Shown here one piece after another: positions 38,638-48,969 of a stretch of 49,265 bases of DNA. The notes below the pieces were generated by a model. It was given only the letters and a program-made list of their open reading frames with translations. It searched no databases and was not told the origin of the DNA. The position numbers and the translations under genes were made by a program. Positions within the stretch are counted from its first letter, which is position 1. Every line of letters starts with the position of its first letter. The stretch comes from Candidatus Woesearchaeota archaeon (GTDB taxonomy: Archaea > Nanobdellota > Nanobdellia > SCGC-AAA011-G17 > PNOQ01): the NCBI GenBank assembly GCA_018693795.1, contig JABHMJ010000010.1, positions 1 to 49,265 of the forward strand, in the 5' to 3' direction.

Positions 38638-40554
38638 TTAAAACCCACTACTCAATCCTAAATCAAGCAAAGGTTTATCATTCAAAATTCCAAAAATCAA
38701 TGTATCTTCTGCACCAAAGAAAAACTCAATCAAGGCAAACCCCGGAGTAAAAGAACGACGATAAACTGCCCACAACCCCTCATCCTGAGAAGTCACACTT
38801 TCAAAACTAACACCCTCTTTAATTCCACGTAAAGTAAAATAAGAAAATCCAGAGGTTTCAAAAGTAAATTTAGTTTTTTCAGCGTTATAACTAATATCAA
38901 CTAAATCTAAAGATTCCCACCCATCTTCTGTTAATCTATACAATCCAATAGCAACAATCTGATTTAAAACTAATAAATCATTCAAAACATCAAATTCTAA
39001 TGTAGAACTCCCCGTTGCTTGAATATCATAAAATCCAAAATTAACACTATCTGGAATATCCAATTCCTCAACAAAAGAAGGATGAGTCTCATACTCAACT
39101 ACACTCTCTAAATTTCCTCCAGTAACACTAACTAAATCAGATAAACTATCAGAAACTTCTTCAATAGGAACTGTTACACTGGCAACATCAGAATTATCAA
39201 CACAAATACCACCATTACAAATAAATCCAGAACAACATTCAGATTCACCTAAACAACTCCCTCCAGAAATACCAACACATGAAAGATCAACAACATCATC
39301 AGGAGAGAAAAATGGAACATTATCTCTATCGCCAGACACTACATCAATAACTCCCTTAAAGGCCCCTCCACCAAAAACATCAGAAGAAGAAACATCAAAC
39401 AACTCAGAAATTTCACCAACATCATCAGAAACTAAAGCTTCAGAAGTTTTCTTTACTTTATTATCGACAGAATAAACAACTTCTAAAGGAATCTCCAATC
39501 TATCTTGTAAATTTTCAACTTTTACAACATCAGTAATTATAGATCCACTTGATAATAATATCTCCTCATCAACCCCTTTTTGAATTAATTCTTTAACTCT
39601 CTCACTTCCTTCAATTAAATTATATTCATTCTCTAATTGTCTCCACAATGAACCATTCACACTAGAATTTCCATTAACAACAGGAACTCCATCAGAAATT
39701 AAACATATTCCACTATCTCCACAATAATAACCAGCACCACATCCACAAGCACTACAGTCATAAACTAATTCTTTATCAGAATCACAAAGCAAAGGTTTAG
39801 TCAAAGAACATTGTCCAGGAACAGAACCATCACTACAAGAATTTGAACCTATACTATAAACACTAGGTAAAGAAACTCCATCAGGAAATACATAACAATA
39901 AGCATTTTCACCTTGGCAATTTTGATCACTACAACCAGTGTTAGAATCCGGCCCCAAAGTATTTAAAATCATTCCAAATGGGGCCTGATTAAACCATTGT
40001 TCACCACAAACACAAATAGAAGGTTCATTAATAACACACTTTGGCAAACACCATCCAAAACCTCTATTCAAATAACATATCCCATTATCACCACAATCCG
40101 CAGTTTCCCAAACACAATCTTCTACACAACTCCCACACGATTCAGAATTATCACAAACCCCATCACCACAAGAAGAACTAGAATCTCCTCCATCATCAGA
40201 ATTATAACATCCAGAATTATCAAAAGTACAATCATTATTACAACTTAAAGAACCAGAATTATAACCAAAAGAATTACAAGATTTAAAATCTAACTGTCCA
40301 CCATCACACTCTTCTGCATCATCAACAACTCCATCTCCACACCAACAATCTTCTGGGCAATTATCTCCATCTTCTCCATTTAAACGATTACAAGCACCGT
40401 TTCCACATATACTTCCATTTAATCCTCCATCAACACCAGTAGCCATACCAGTAATTAAATAATTATTTTTCACAACAGCAGAACCAATAACATAACTAAA
40501 AGAAGCAACTAATAAAAATAACATTACAACAGTAACCATCCTCTCTCTTTTCAT
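38638..40554 (-). CDS. Cys-rich surface protein with C-terminal PGF-pre-PGF-like domain
   Basis: ITGMA motif; CGNG/CGDG modules; IGLYRL...GW...FETSGFSYF. Confidence 0.85.
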   Translation of the reverse strand: MKRERMVTVVMLFLLVASFSYVIGSAVVKNNYLITGMATGVDGGLNGSICGNGACNRLNGEDGDNCPEDCWCGDGVVDDAEECDGGQLDFKSCNSFGYNSGSLSCNNDCTFDNSGCYNSDDGGDSSSSCGDGVCDNSESCGSCVEDCVWETADCGDNGICYLNRGFGWCLPKCVINEPSICVCGEQWFNQAPFGMILNTLGPDSNTGCSDQNCQGENAYCYVFPDGVSLPSVYSIGSNSCSDGSVPGQCSLTKPLLCDSDKELVYDCSACGCGAGYYCGDSGICLISDGVPVVNGNSSVNGSLWRQLENEYNLIEGSERVKELIQKGVDEEILLSSGSIITDVVKVENLQDRLEIPLEVVYSVDNKVKKTSEALVSDDVGEISELFDVSSSDVFGGGAFKGVIDVVSGDRDNVPFFSPDDVVDLSCVGISGGSCLGESECCSGFICNGGICVDNSDVASVTVPIEEVSDSLSDLVSVTGGNLESVVEYETHPSFVEELDIPDSVNFGFYDIQATGSSTLEFDVLNDLLVLNQIVAIGLYRLTEDGWESLDLVDISYNAEKTKFTFETSGFSYFTLRGIKEGVSFESVTSQDEGLWAVYRRSFTPGFALIEFFFGAEDTLIFGILNDKPLLDLGLSSGF

Positions 40555-40593
40555 AAAATAAAAACTAAATTACTAATATAAAAATATTCCTAT

Positions 40594-43077
40594 CTAAAAT
40601 CCAAACAATTTGCTTAATCTTTCCCAAAAACTCCAAGAAGGAGGCCCAAACACCGGTTCTTCCCCAATATAAACCCAATAAGCCTCTCCCATAACAACAT
40701 CAGCAGGCAATATAGAAGAAGTTTCATTAAATAATTGATTTCCATCAAAATCATATCCTGCTTCAGAACTTCCAACCAAATTCCAACCATTAATCAAACT
40801 AAAAGTACTTCCGGCAGTGTAAACTCCATCAAAGACAACCTCTCTACTTGAATTAGAATAAACAATATATCCTTTAAATGGTTCAATTAAAGAAATATCA
40901 TTAATAATATTTTTATAATTAATATCCCATTCACCATCATATGCTAAAACCATATCAGAACTAAATTCACCAATATCGTTATTTGTAATACTAACTAATG
41001 GGACAGAAACATAATTCCACCCGTTAACTAAACTAACATTAAATGATGAATTTAAATATCCACAATCATAACCATTACATGTTTCATCAATTACATTTCC
41101 ACACACATCAGGAGCACTAGGATTAACTGAAGCAGATCCAAAATAATTACAATTTCCGGGTGCAATTTGGCCAATACTTACAGAATCATCTGGATTAAAA
41201 TCTAACGTTTTAATTCCAATCTCATATCCACCAGAGATATAGGCAAATATATTTTGATCTCCAAGTTTTAATAATTCACTTGCAATATTACTCTCCGCCC
41301 CAATAACATTAACAGGGGCAGTCCAAATCCCATTTTCCAAATCATCTGTATAAGAATATACTATTCCATCATGACTCGCAACGGGGGCAGTCCAAAATAA
41401 ATAATATAATCCATTGTTTTCAAAAATATGTGCAGATTCTGCTTTTTCAGTTAAAGTAATATTTAATGGTCCAAGATCACTCCAACTAATTAAATCAGTA
41501 GATTTTGCCATACCGATGACCATAGTACCACTACTCCAACTACTTTCCTCAAAAACAGCAGTTGAATAAACCATATACCAATCCCCACTCGAAGAATCTT
41601 TAAACACAAATGGATCTCTACATTGATATTGCCAAGCTAAATCAAAACCATTCCAAGTTTCATTCCCCCAAAGATTCCAAGTTAAATTACAATCGAATAA
41701 ACATCCATCTCCGGTACTTCCACCACAAGTATTTCCTGGATATTTAGTCCAAGTAATTAAATCACTAGAAGTGGCCAATCCAATTCTTTCTTTATGATTT
41801 GCTGGGCCCTCAGTAAAACCATCAGTAACTCCAGTATAATGCATATAATACAATCCATCTACATCATTATAAACAAGAGATGGTGCCCAAACATGTTCAT
41901 CATCCCAATCTCCAGCACCACTAGAAATATTTAATGCAGCCCCATGATAATCCCAAGAAGATAAATTACTAGAACTTTCATGTCCAAAATCTTTTGAATT
42001 ATTAATATCAGATTGCCAAGAAGATCCAGGAGGGAATCTAATATAAATGGAATGTAAAGTTCCATTGTCATTTAATAATGCAAAATCTTGTGCAGCATAA
42101 TTTAAAGTTGGATCTAAAATAAAAGATTCCTGAACAGAACAAGTTTCACCAGTAACAAAATCATAATAATCATCAAAATCATTACAATCTTCCCCAGCAA
42201 CAGAAGAATATTCTTCAGATAAATTAGCACCACTACAAATTTCTTGAGAAATTAAAGAATAATATAAATCTAAATCATAATCTGCATATCCAGAAAATAA
42301 TTGATAAATATTAATATCGCTATCATTACAATCAACAACCAAACCATCATCATTTGTTTCCCATAAATAACATTCATCATACCCATCTATATCAGAATCA
42401 ACACAATCTCTATCAAAACATTCACCAAAAGTACAAACCCCCCCACCACATTGAGATCCATCAAGCACACTGGTATCATAAATACAATGATCAAATAAAC
42501 AATAATCATTAGAACAAACATTTCCATCATCACATATTGGATCTAAAATAATTTCAGTAGAAGTACAACATGGAACATCAAAACCATTGCACCCCTCATC
42601 AATTCCATTTCCACAAGTTAATCCATTCTCAACAAATCCTGGATTTATACTTGAATTAAAATCATTACAATCATTTGAAAGAACAGAAAGTCCAAAATTT
42701 AAAACATCATTGTAAAATCTTACTCCAATTCCACTACATAATGTAGAAGAAATGTTTCCACCATAAAAATCTCCATCATTATCTTCATACAAATCTACAT
42801 ATAATGCAAACCTTTCAACATCAGAATCATTACAATCAGAATATCCATTAAAAGGCACAATATTGACAGTATCACATCCATCTAAATTATCTTCAATAAC
42901 ATAACCATCCCCATCAAAATCAATACAATCCATGCCGGGAGATAATTTAATTTCATTATCAACAGGAAATAAGAATGCCAAAATATCTCTAAATATATTA
43001 TTATCTTCTTCAGCAGAAACTAAGGAAATAGATAAAATAAATACAAAAAATAAACTAAATACAACACTCCACCTCAT
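40594..43077 (-). CDS. Secreted glycoside hydrolase (GH32/GH43-like 5-bladed propeller) with Cys/Asp metal-binding repeats and shared C-terminal domain
   Basis: QDF, VWAP, IGLATSSDLITW, CRDPFV, AESAH, W.DLGPL; DCND...INPG repeats. Confidence 0.87.
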   Translation of the reverse strand: MRWSVVFSLFFVFILSISLVSAEEDNNIFRDILAFLFPVDNEIKLSPGMDCIDFDGDGYVIEDNLDGCDTVNIVPFNGYSDCNDSDVERFALYVDLYEDNDGDFYGGNISSTLCSGIGVRFYNDVLNFGLSVLSNDCNDFNSSINPGFVENGLTCGNGIDEGCNGFDVPCCTSTEIILDPICDDGNVCSNDYCLFDHCIYDTSVLDGSQCGGGVCTFGECFDRDCVDSDIDGYDECYLWETNDDGLVVDCNDSDINIYQLFSGYADYDLDLYYSLISQEICSGANLSEEYSSVAGEDCNDFDDYYDFVTGETCSVQESFILDPTLNYAAQDFALLNDNGTLHSIYIRFPPGSSWQSDINNSKDFGHESSSNLSSWDYHGAALNISSGAGDWDDEHVWAPSLVYNDVDGLYYMHYTGVTDGFTEGPANHKERIGLATSSDLITWTKYPGNTCGGSTGDGCLFDCNLTWNLWGNETWNGFDLAWQYQCRDPFVFKDSSSGDWYMVYSTAVFEESSWSSGTMVIGMAKSTDLISWSDLGPLNITLTEKAESAHIFENNGLYYLFWTAPVASHDGIVYSYTDDLENGIWTAPVNVIGAESNIASELLKLGDQNIFAYISGGYEIGIKTLDFNPDDSVSIGQIAPGNCNYFGSASVNPSAPDVCGNVIDETCNGYDCGYLNSSFNVSLVNGWNYVSVPLVSITNNDIGEFSSDMVLAYDGEWDINYKNIINDISLIEPFKGYIVYSNSSREVVFDGVYTAGSTFSLINGWNLVGSSEAGYDFDGNQLFNETSSILPADVVMGEAYWVYIGEEPVFGPPSWSFWERLSKLFGF

Positions 43078-43116
43078 AAAATAAAAACAAGGTTTTAGGT
43101 ATATAAATATTCCTAT

Positions 43117-46100
43117 CTAATATTTAAATAACCCAAATAAAAAATTCCAAAATCCTGTTGAAGGTGGTGCAAGTTGTGGCTCACTTCCAGTGTATACCCA
43201 ATAAGCATTTCCTAAAACTACACTTCCCGGTAAAATTGGAGAAGTTTCGTTAAATAATTGATTTAAATCAAAATCATAACCCACTATAGAAGTTCCAACC
43301 AAATTCCAATTATCTACTCCCAATGGAGATACATAACTTTCATTTAAAGTTCCATTGAATAAAATACTTTGATCACTAGTAGAATAAACAATATATCCCT
43401 TTAATGGTTCAATAACCCCAACTTCGCTAAGAATATCTTTATAATTAATGTCCCATCCATCATTATATTCTAAAACAATATCTGAATTAAATTTACTAAC
43501 TCCATTTTCAAGCAATCCTCTCAATGGGACAGAAACATAATTCCATCCAGTTGTTAGATCTAAAATATACGAATCAGGATAAGTCATAACAATACAAGAA
43601 GCATCTGCACTACAATCACTATCCCCACAATCTGTAGTTAAATCACAATCATTATTCAAAACATCATTACATGTTAATTCTGTAGCTTCGTAATTTATAA
43701 CACTAGAATAATCATCAAACCATCCTAAAACACCGTTACAAGCTTGAACACTACCTACACAAACACCATCTTGTAATGTATTTAAAGGTTCAATTAAATT
43801 ATCATCATCCACCCCAGTACAATCATCATCTAATCCATTACATGTTTCTGTTAAAGGAGTTCCAGTAGAACAAACAGTTTCTATACCAACATTACAACTT
43901 GAGGCAACATTTCCTGCTGCACATTCTCCAGGCAAAAAACAACTACTATCTATAATATAATCTTCATCTGTAAATCCATCACAATTATTATCTAAATTAT
44001 CACAGCTAAAATCTCCTATTTCTTGGGGAGGCAACACAACACAAGTATCTTCCTGAGATCCAGCTATACAATCTAAAATTCCAGAATTTACACAAACTCC
44101 AACACCACAAGAAGTTATATTTCCATACCATCCTTCACTAGACCCATCTAAAGTTCCTGCACTACAATCATTATCTACATTGTCACAACTTTCGGTAGCA
44201 CCTGGGTAAGTAGTTCCAACAATATCATTACAATCATCATATCCATTAAATGAAACAATGCCAGAAGTATCACAACCACTAGCCAAAGATTCAGCTACCC
44301 AACCATCTCCATCCACATCAGTACAAGAAACTACATCTGAAACAGTAATAGAACTAGTAAGATTTGGACCAAATTGATGATCTACTGTCCCATCAATATA
44401 ACATACAGCATCTCTTATTCCAGCACTTCCAATATTATTACAATTAAATTCACAAGAACTATCTGCACCGCCACAAGTTCCTGCAGCATAATTACATGGG
44501 CCCACCCCCTCAATAAATGCTTCAGAACCCTCGCTAAATACATCAGCAGTACATGTTACATGTATTCTATTTCCAACAAAAGGAGTTGAATCATTAACAA
44601 AAATATCAGTAAGAGTAACTAAACATTCATCATCTCCTAACCTAACGCCATAAACCCCATAATCATAATTTATATCGCAATCATCATCTATCCCATTACC
44701 ACAATCCTCGGTTTGTCCAGGGAATACATTAATATTTCCATCAGCACAATCATCATATCCATAAAATGGAACAATTCCAGAAGTATCACATGAACCTCCC
44801 TCTACAACATAACCATCAGAATCAGAATCCGTACACGCAACAGTAGGTATGGTTCCATCAACCATTATTGTTTGAATATCTATTGCAAAAAGTGCACTTT
44901 CATAAATTCTCACATCATCAATAATTCCATCAAAATAATCTCCAGAATCTCCACCAGTATTAAATCCAATCAAAGTATCAACTCCAGTTCCAAGATCTAG
45001 ATTTCCACCAACTGAATGTGCTTGAGAAGCAACTTCAATCCCATTTTTATAAATTCTAATTGTTACACCATCATAACTAACTGCTAAATGAACGAAACCA
45101 TCTGTTTCTGAAATACTTCCACCTTCAAATGTATCTGTAGTTCCACCTGCTTTTATTCTAGTTCTAATTTGACCATTACAAATACCCATCATCCAATTAT
45201 GGTCTGCAGTTTGCACTCCAGAAGCTTTTGAAACAATTCTTGGACCACAAGAATTTACAAAATCTGGATTTACCCACGCTGTAATAGTTATTTCATCATT
45301 AACTAAAACATCTCCTATGTTTAATGAATTAGTAACCCCATCAAAATCATATCCTCCATTTAATTGCCCAGTTATTTGATTTGGACATGATGTACAACTC
45401 CCATCATAACTTCCAGCAATATCATTATAATCTGAATCTAATGTTAAATGAGCTATTAAATTTCCATAAGTAACCCCAGAAAAGGTACAAACTCCAGCCT
45501 GACAAGTTTCTCCACCAACGCCACAAGAAGTACCATCTAAAGCGGGAGCATAAGTTGGATCAATTGGAATACAATAAGTTCCACTACAAAAAGGATCAAC
45601 TGCTAAACATAAAACATCACAAGAAGGATCTGCTCCAGGCCCAGGAATGGAACATGTAACACTATCAATGCCATCACAATTTTGATCTATTCCATCATCA
45701 TCTATTTCTGTAGCCCCAGGATAAATACTATTATTTGCATCATTACAATCTCCAGTAACTGCAACATTTCCAGAAGCAGCAAAATCAGCAAGATATATTG
45801 GGCTTAAAAGTGCCCCAGAACATATATCTGGTCCAGGAAGATCTCCATAACCATCGCCATCCCCATCTATAAATGTTGAATGGAAAGCAAACCTATCTAC
45901 ATCCGAATCATCACAATCAACATTATCATTGGATAATCCATTAGCAATCAAATAAGCCATAAAAGCCGGATTGGTTTGACTATAATGTTGACAAACACCA
46001 TAAACAGTTGGTAAACTATCCAATAACCCATGTAGATCTCCGTCTCCATCTAAGTACAAATCTTGAAGTTCCATTGCATCAGCATTAGTATCATTACAAT

Positions 46101-47196
46101 CATTAACATGCACTCCATCTTGCCAACCAATAGTAACCACAGTAGTAGCATTACAAACAGATGAACCTGCCTCTAATATAAAATTATCATTATCCTCCTC
46201 AGTACAAACACAACTAGTTGTAACAAATCCCATACAATCAGAAGCACAACTTAAAGTACCATCATTAATAAATCCTTGAGAATTACAACTCTCGCCATTT
46301 AAATTAGCACCGTCACAAACTTCTAAACCACTAATAAAACCATCATTACAAATCCCTTGAGATTCAACAATTTCTGTAACATTCAAAGCTCTTGAATAAA
46401 TTCTTAAATCATCTAGTGAAGCATTAATAAATCTTTCAGGAACTAACCTAGTATCCGCACCAATATGCAAATCATTAATTGGATTATTAATAGAAGCAAC
46501 ACCAATATTATTATTAAATTCAACCCCATCAACATAAAATCTTAAAACATTTTGATCATAAGTAGCTGCGATATGCGCCCAATTTCCAACAATTCCACTA
46601 AGAATTGCACCACCAACAAGATCATTTCCAGGATCATTATCTAATACCGGATAAAAATAAAGATTATCTGTATTAGGATATCCATCAAATACGAATCCAG
46701 AATAACTTCCAGCAGAATCCTCATTAGATAAAATATTAATAAAATCTAATAAACCATCAGAGCCAGGCAATCCATTAGCATTATTTACATTATCCATAAA
46801 TGTAGAAAAGTTTACCCAAAAAGAAATTGTATAATTTCCTCCCAATGCATCAACAGGAATTCCAGGAACTTCTAATAAATCATTTCCATCAAAATAATAA
46901 GCACTATCGGGAACACCATTAAAACCAGTAGTTAAAACAGGAGTGCCAGCATCACCAACAATAGCATCGTATCCATTAACAGAAGCATCTAAATAATTTC
47001 CATCAAAAGGCAAATGCAAAACCAACCCATCATCTAAAGCTTTTCCAGAAGATAATTGGGGGCCATCACCATAATTAAATAAAAAATCCCAAATTTTCTC
47101 AAAAATATTTCTATCATCAACTTCAGCAGCAGAAACTAAACTAGTAAAAACAAATAAAAATACAAAAATACCTACAATCACCTGATTTACTCTCAT
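43117..47196 (-). CDS. Giant surface protein with two LamG-like domains, many DCND/DNDC (MopE-like) repeats and shared C-terminal domain
   Basis: GLVLHLPFDG...LDDLRIYSRAL; second LamG FDGIIDDVRIY; DCNDANNSIYPGATEIDDDGIDQNCDG. Confidence 0.92.
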   Translation of the reverse strand: MRVNQVIVGIFVFLFVFTSLVSAAEVDDRNIFEKIWDFLFNYGDGPQLSSGKALDDGLVLHLPFDGNYLDASVNGYDAIVGDAGTPVLTTGFNGVPDSAYYFDGNDLLEVPGIPVDALGGNYTISFWVNFSTFMDNVNNANGLPGSDGLLDFINILSNEDSAGSYSGFVFDGYPNTDNLYFYPVLDNDPGNDLVGGAILSGIVGNWAHIAATYDQNVLRFYVDGVEFNNNIGVASINNPINDLHIGADTRLVPERFINASLDDLRIYSRALNVTEIVESQGICNDGFISGLEVCDGANLNGESCNSQGFINDGTLSCASDCMGFVTTSCVCTEEDNDNFILEAGSSVCNATTVVTIGWQDGVHVNDCNDTNADAMELQDLYLDGDGDLHGLLDSLPTVYGVCQHYSQTNPAFMAYLIANGLSNDNVDCDDSDVDRFAFHSTFIDGDGDGYGDLPGPDICSGALLSPIYLADFAASGNVAVTGDCNDANNSIYPGATEIDDDGIDQNCDGIDSVTCSIPGPGADPSCDVLCLAVDPFCSGTYCIPIDPTYAPALDGTSCGVGGETCQAGVCTFSGVTYGNLIAHLTLDSDYNDIAGSYDGSCTSCPNQITGQLNGGYDFDGVTNSLNIGDVLVNDEITITAWVNPDFVNSCGPRIVSKASGVQTADHNWMMGICNGQIRTRIKAGGTTDTFEGGSISETDGFVHLAVSYDGVTIRIYKNGIEVASQAHSVGGNLDLGTGVDTLIGFNTGGDSGDYFDGIIDDVRIYESALFAIDIQTIMVDGTIPTVACTDSDSDGYVVEGGSCDTSGIVPFYGYDDCADGNINVFPGQTEDCGNGIDDDCDINYDYGVYGVRLGDDECLVTLTDIFVNDSTPFVGNRIHVTCTADVFSEGSEAFIEGVGPCNYAAGTCGGADSSCEFNCNNIGSAGIRDAVCYIDGTVDHQFGPNLTSSITVSDVVSCTDVDGDGWVAESLASGCDTSGIVSFNGYDDCNDIVGTTYPGATESCDNVDNDCSAGTLDGSSEGWYGNITSCGVGVCVNSGILDCIAGSQEDTCVVLPPQEIGDFSCDNLDNNCDGFTDEDYIIDSSCFLPGECAAGNVASSCNVGIETVCSTGTPLTETCNGLDDDCTGVDDDNLIEPLNTLQDGVCVGSVQACNGVLGWFDDYSSVINYEATELTCNDVLNNDCDLTTDCGDSDCSADASCIVMTYPDSYILDLTTGWNYVSVPLRGLLENGVSKFNSDIVLEYNDGWDINYKDILSEVGVIEPLKGYIVYSTSDQSILFNGTLNESYVSPLGVDNWNLVGTSIVGYDFDLNQLFNETSPILPGSVVLGNAYWVYTGSEPQLAPPSTGFWNFLFGLFKY

Positions 47197-47199
47197 TTT

Positions 47200-48129
47200 T
47201 TAATTCTTGGGACCTGATAATAATCCGGAATCAGAATCCTCTTTACCAATTTTATTAAATTTTGGTTTATCCACAGATAATTTTCTTATTAAAAAGAAAA
47301 TTCCTACTCCAATAATTATAATTCCTATGATAATGTAAATAATAGTCATAACTCCAGAGGATGCTGTTGCTCTAACACCTGCATCCTGAAAAGATAATCT
47401 AGCTAAACCATCTTGTGTTTCTAAATAGCTTGCCAAAACAATTCTTCCATTAATATCTAATTCAACATTACTATCAACTGGAATAACATATTCTGCATCA
47501 TTAATCCATATTTTTGCACTCTCTGAACTAACTGCATAAATACTAAAATCATAGGAAGATTCATCTATAACTAAAACATACTCTCCACCATTACTTATGA
47601 TTTCTCTTGATTCTTCTGTAACATTAACTTCACTTCCATCCATGGTTGGTTCCCAAGTTCCAACCACAACATCATCATCGCCAGTACCATCATCAGTACC
47701 ATCATCATCATCATCATCATCATCATCATTTGAACCGCTAGGTCCACCGGTTGGTCCACCTGTTGGTCCAGGAGGATCTGTTGGAGGGGCGACATAACAT
47801 AAACCATGACTACTCTCTAAAACTAAATCATTATTAACTTCAATTAAAGATTCATTATATTCTACAATTTCAACAAAAACACCATTAACATAAAAAGAAA
47901 CATTATAACCATTTGCAGCACCAACAACAACAGCATACTCGCCAGCACCGGAAACTCCTCCATTTACTCCAAAAACATCTGTTCCATTTGTAACATTTGC
48001 AGTAATTGAATACCCAGTTTGAACACTAGAACCACATAAAACATCTCCATTAAATAAATTAAAAGTTGGAACCGCATTAACAAACGGCAAAATAAATAAC
48101 ACCACCAATAATAAAATACCTCTTTTCAT
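47200..48129 (-). CDS. Type I membrane surface protein with Pro/Gly and poly-Asp linker
   Basis: Signal peptide, beta domain, PTGGPTGGPSG-D9 linker, second beta domain, TM. Confidence 0.85.
   Translation of the reverse strand: MKRGILLLVVLFILPFVNAVPTFNLFNGDVLCGSSVQTGYSITANVTNGTDVFGVNGGVSGAGEYAVVVGAANGYNVSFYVNGVFVEIVEYNESLIEVNNDLVLESSHGLCYVAPPTDPPGPTGGPTGGPSGSNDDDDDDDDDGTDDGTGDDDVVVGTWEPTMDGSEVNVTEESREIISNGGEYVLVIDESSYDFSIYAVSSESAKIWINDAEYVIPVDSNVELDINGRIVLASYLETQDGLARLSFQDAGVRATASSGVMTIIYIIIGIIIIGVGIFFLIRKLSVDKPKFNKIGKEDSDSGLLSGPKN
47701..47727. repeat. (ATC)9 trinucleotide repeat encoding poly-Asp
   Basis: Read directly from the sequence. Confidence 0.9.
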
Positions 48130-48201
48130 AGTTTCATAAAATATCTTTTAATATTTAAATATATCGGAAAATATTATAAATAAGCATAATAAATAGGCAT
48201 T

Positions 48202-48969
48202 ATGATAATAGGTGCAGCAGGAATTGGTGGAGCAAAAGAAGCAGAATCTAATTTAAACTATTTAAGAGAAAATAATTTAGGAGCAGCCGAAGTATCATTT
48301 ACTCACAGCACTTATCTAAAAAAAGAGGATGCAATAAGAATTGGAAAAATAGCAGAAAAATTAAACATTAAATTATCAATTCATGGTTCTTATTATATAA
48401 ATTTAAATGCAATAGAAAAAGAAAAAATAACAAAAAGTAAAGAAAGAATTCTAAAAGCATGTCAAATCGGAGAATATCTAAAAGCAACACACTTAGTTTT
48501 TCATCCAGGATATTATGGAAAAGATACAAAAGAAAAAACATATGAAAATATAAAAAATGAAATGTTAGATCTACAAAAAACTATAAAGAAAAATAATTGG
48601 AAAATAAAACTTGCTCCAGAAACTACAGGAAAAATAAATGTATTTGGAGATTTAAACGAAACCTTACAATTAGTTAAAGATACAAAATGTTCATTCTGTG
48701 TTGATTTTGCACATTTAAAAGCAAGAAATCAAGGAAAATTAGAAATAAAAGAAATAATTAAAAAAATAAAGCCATTTAAACAAATACATTGCCATTATTC
48801 TGGAATAAATTATGGCCCAAAGGGAGAAAGAAATCATATTCCAATTGATAAAAAAGAAACTAAAGAATTATTAAAAGAAATAAAAAATTTACCTTGTACA
48901 ATAATCTGTGAAGCTCCAGATACATACGAGGATGCAATAAAAATTAAAAAAATTCTAGAAAAAATTTAA
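48202..48969 (+). CDS. nfo: Endonuclease IV / AP endonuclease family 2 (TIM barrel)
   Basis: LSIHGSYYINL, VFHPG, APETTGK, CVDFAH, HCHYSG, ERNH, ICE. Confidence 0.9.
   Translation: MIIGAAGIGGAKEAESNLNYLRENNLGAAEVSFTHSTYLKKEDAIRIGKIAEKLNIKLSIHGSYYINLNAIEKEKITKSKERILKACQIGEYLKATHLVFHPGYYGKDTKEKTYENIKNEMLDLQKTIKKNNWKIKLAPETTGKINVFGDLNETLQLVKDTKCSFCVDFAHLKARNQGKLEIKEIIKKIKPFKQIHCHYSGINYGPKGERNHIPIDKKETKELLKEIKNLPCTIICEAPDTYEDAIKIKKILEKI

Noticed and set aside
7261-47807. Many short antisense or alternate-frame ORFs inside long genes (e.g. 13441, 15700, 19589, 26102, 28424-28716, 32892, 39997, 44374)
   Set aside because: Fully nested in well-supported CDSs; their composition reflects strand bias
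47595-47807. Poly-Met and poly-Ser ORFs
   Set aside because: Alternate readings of the (GAT)9 poly-Asp tract
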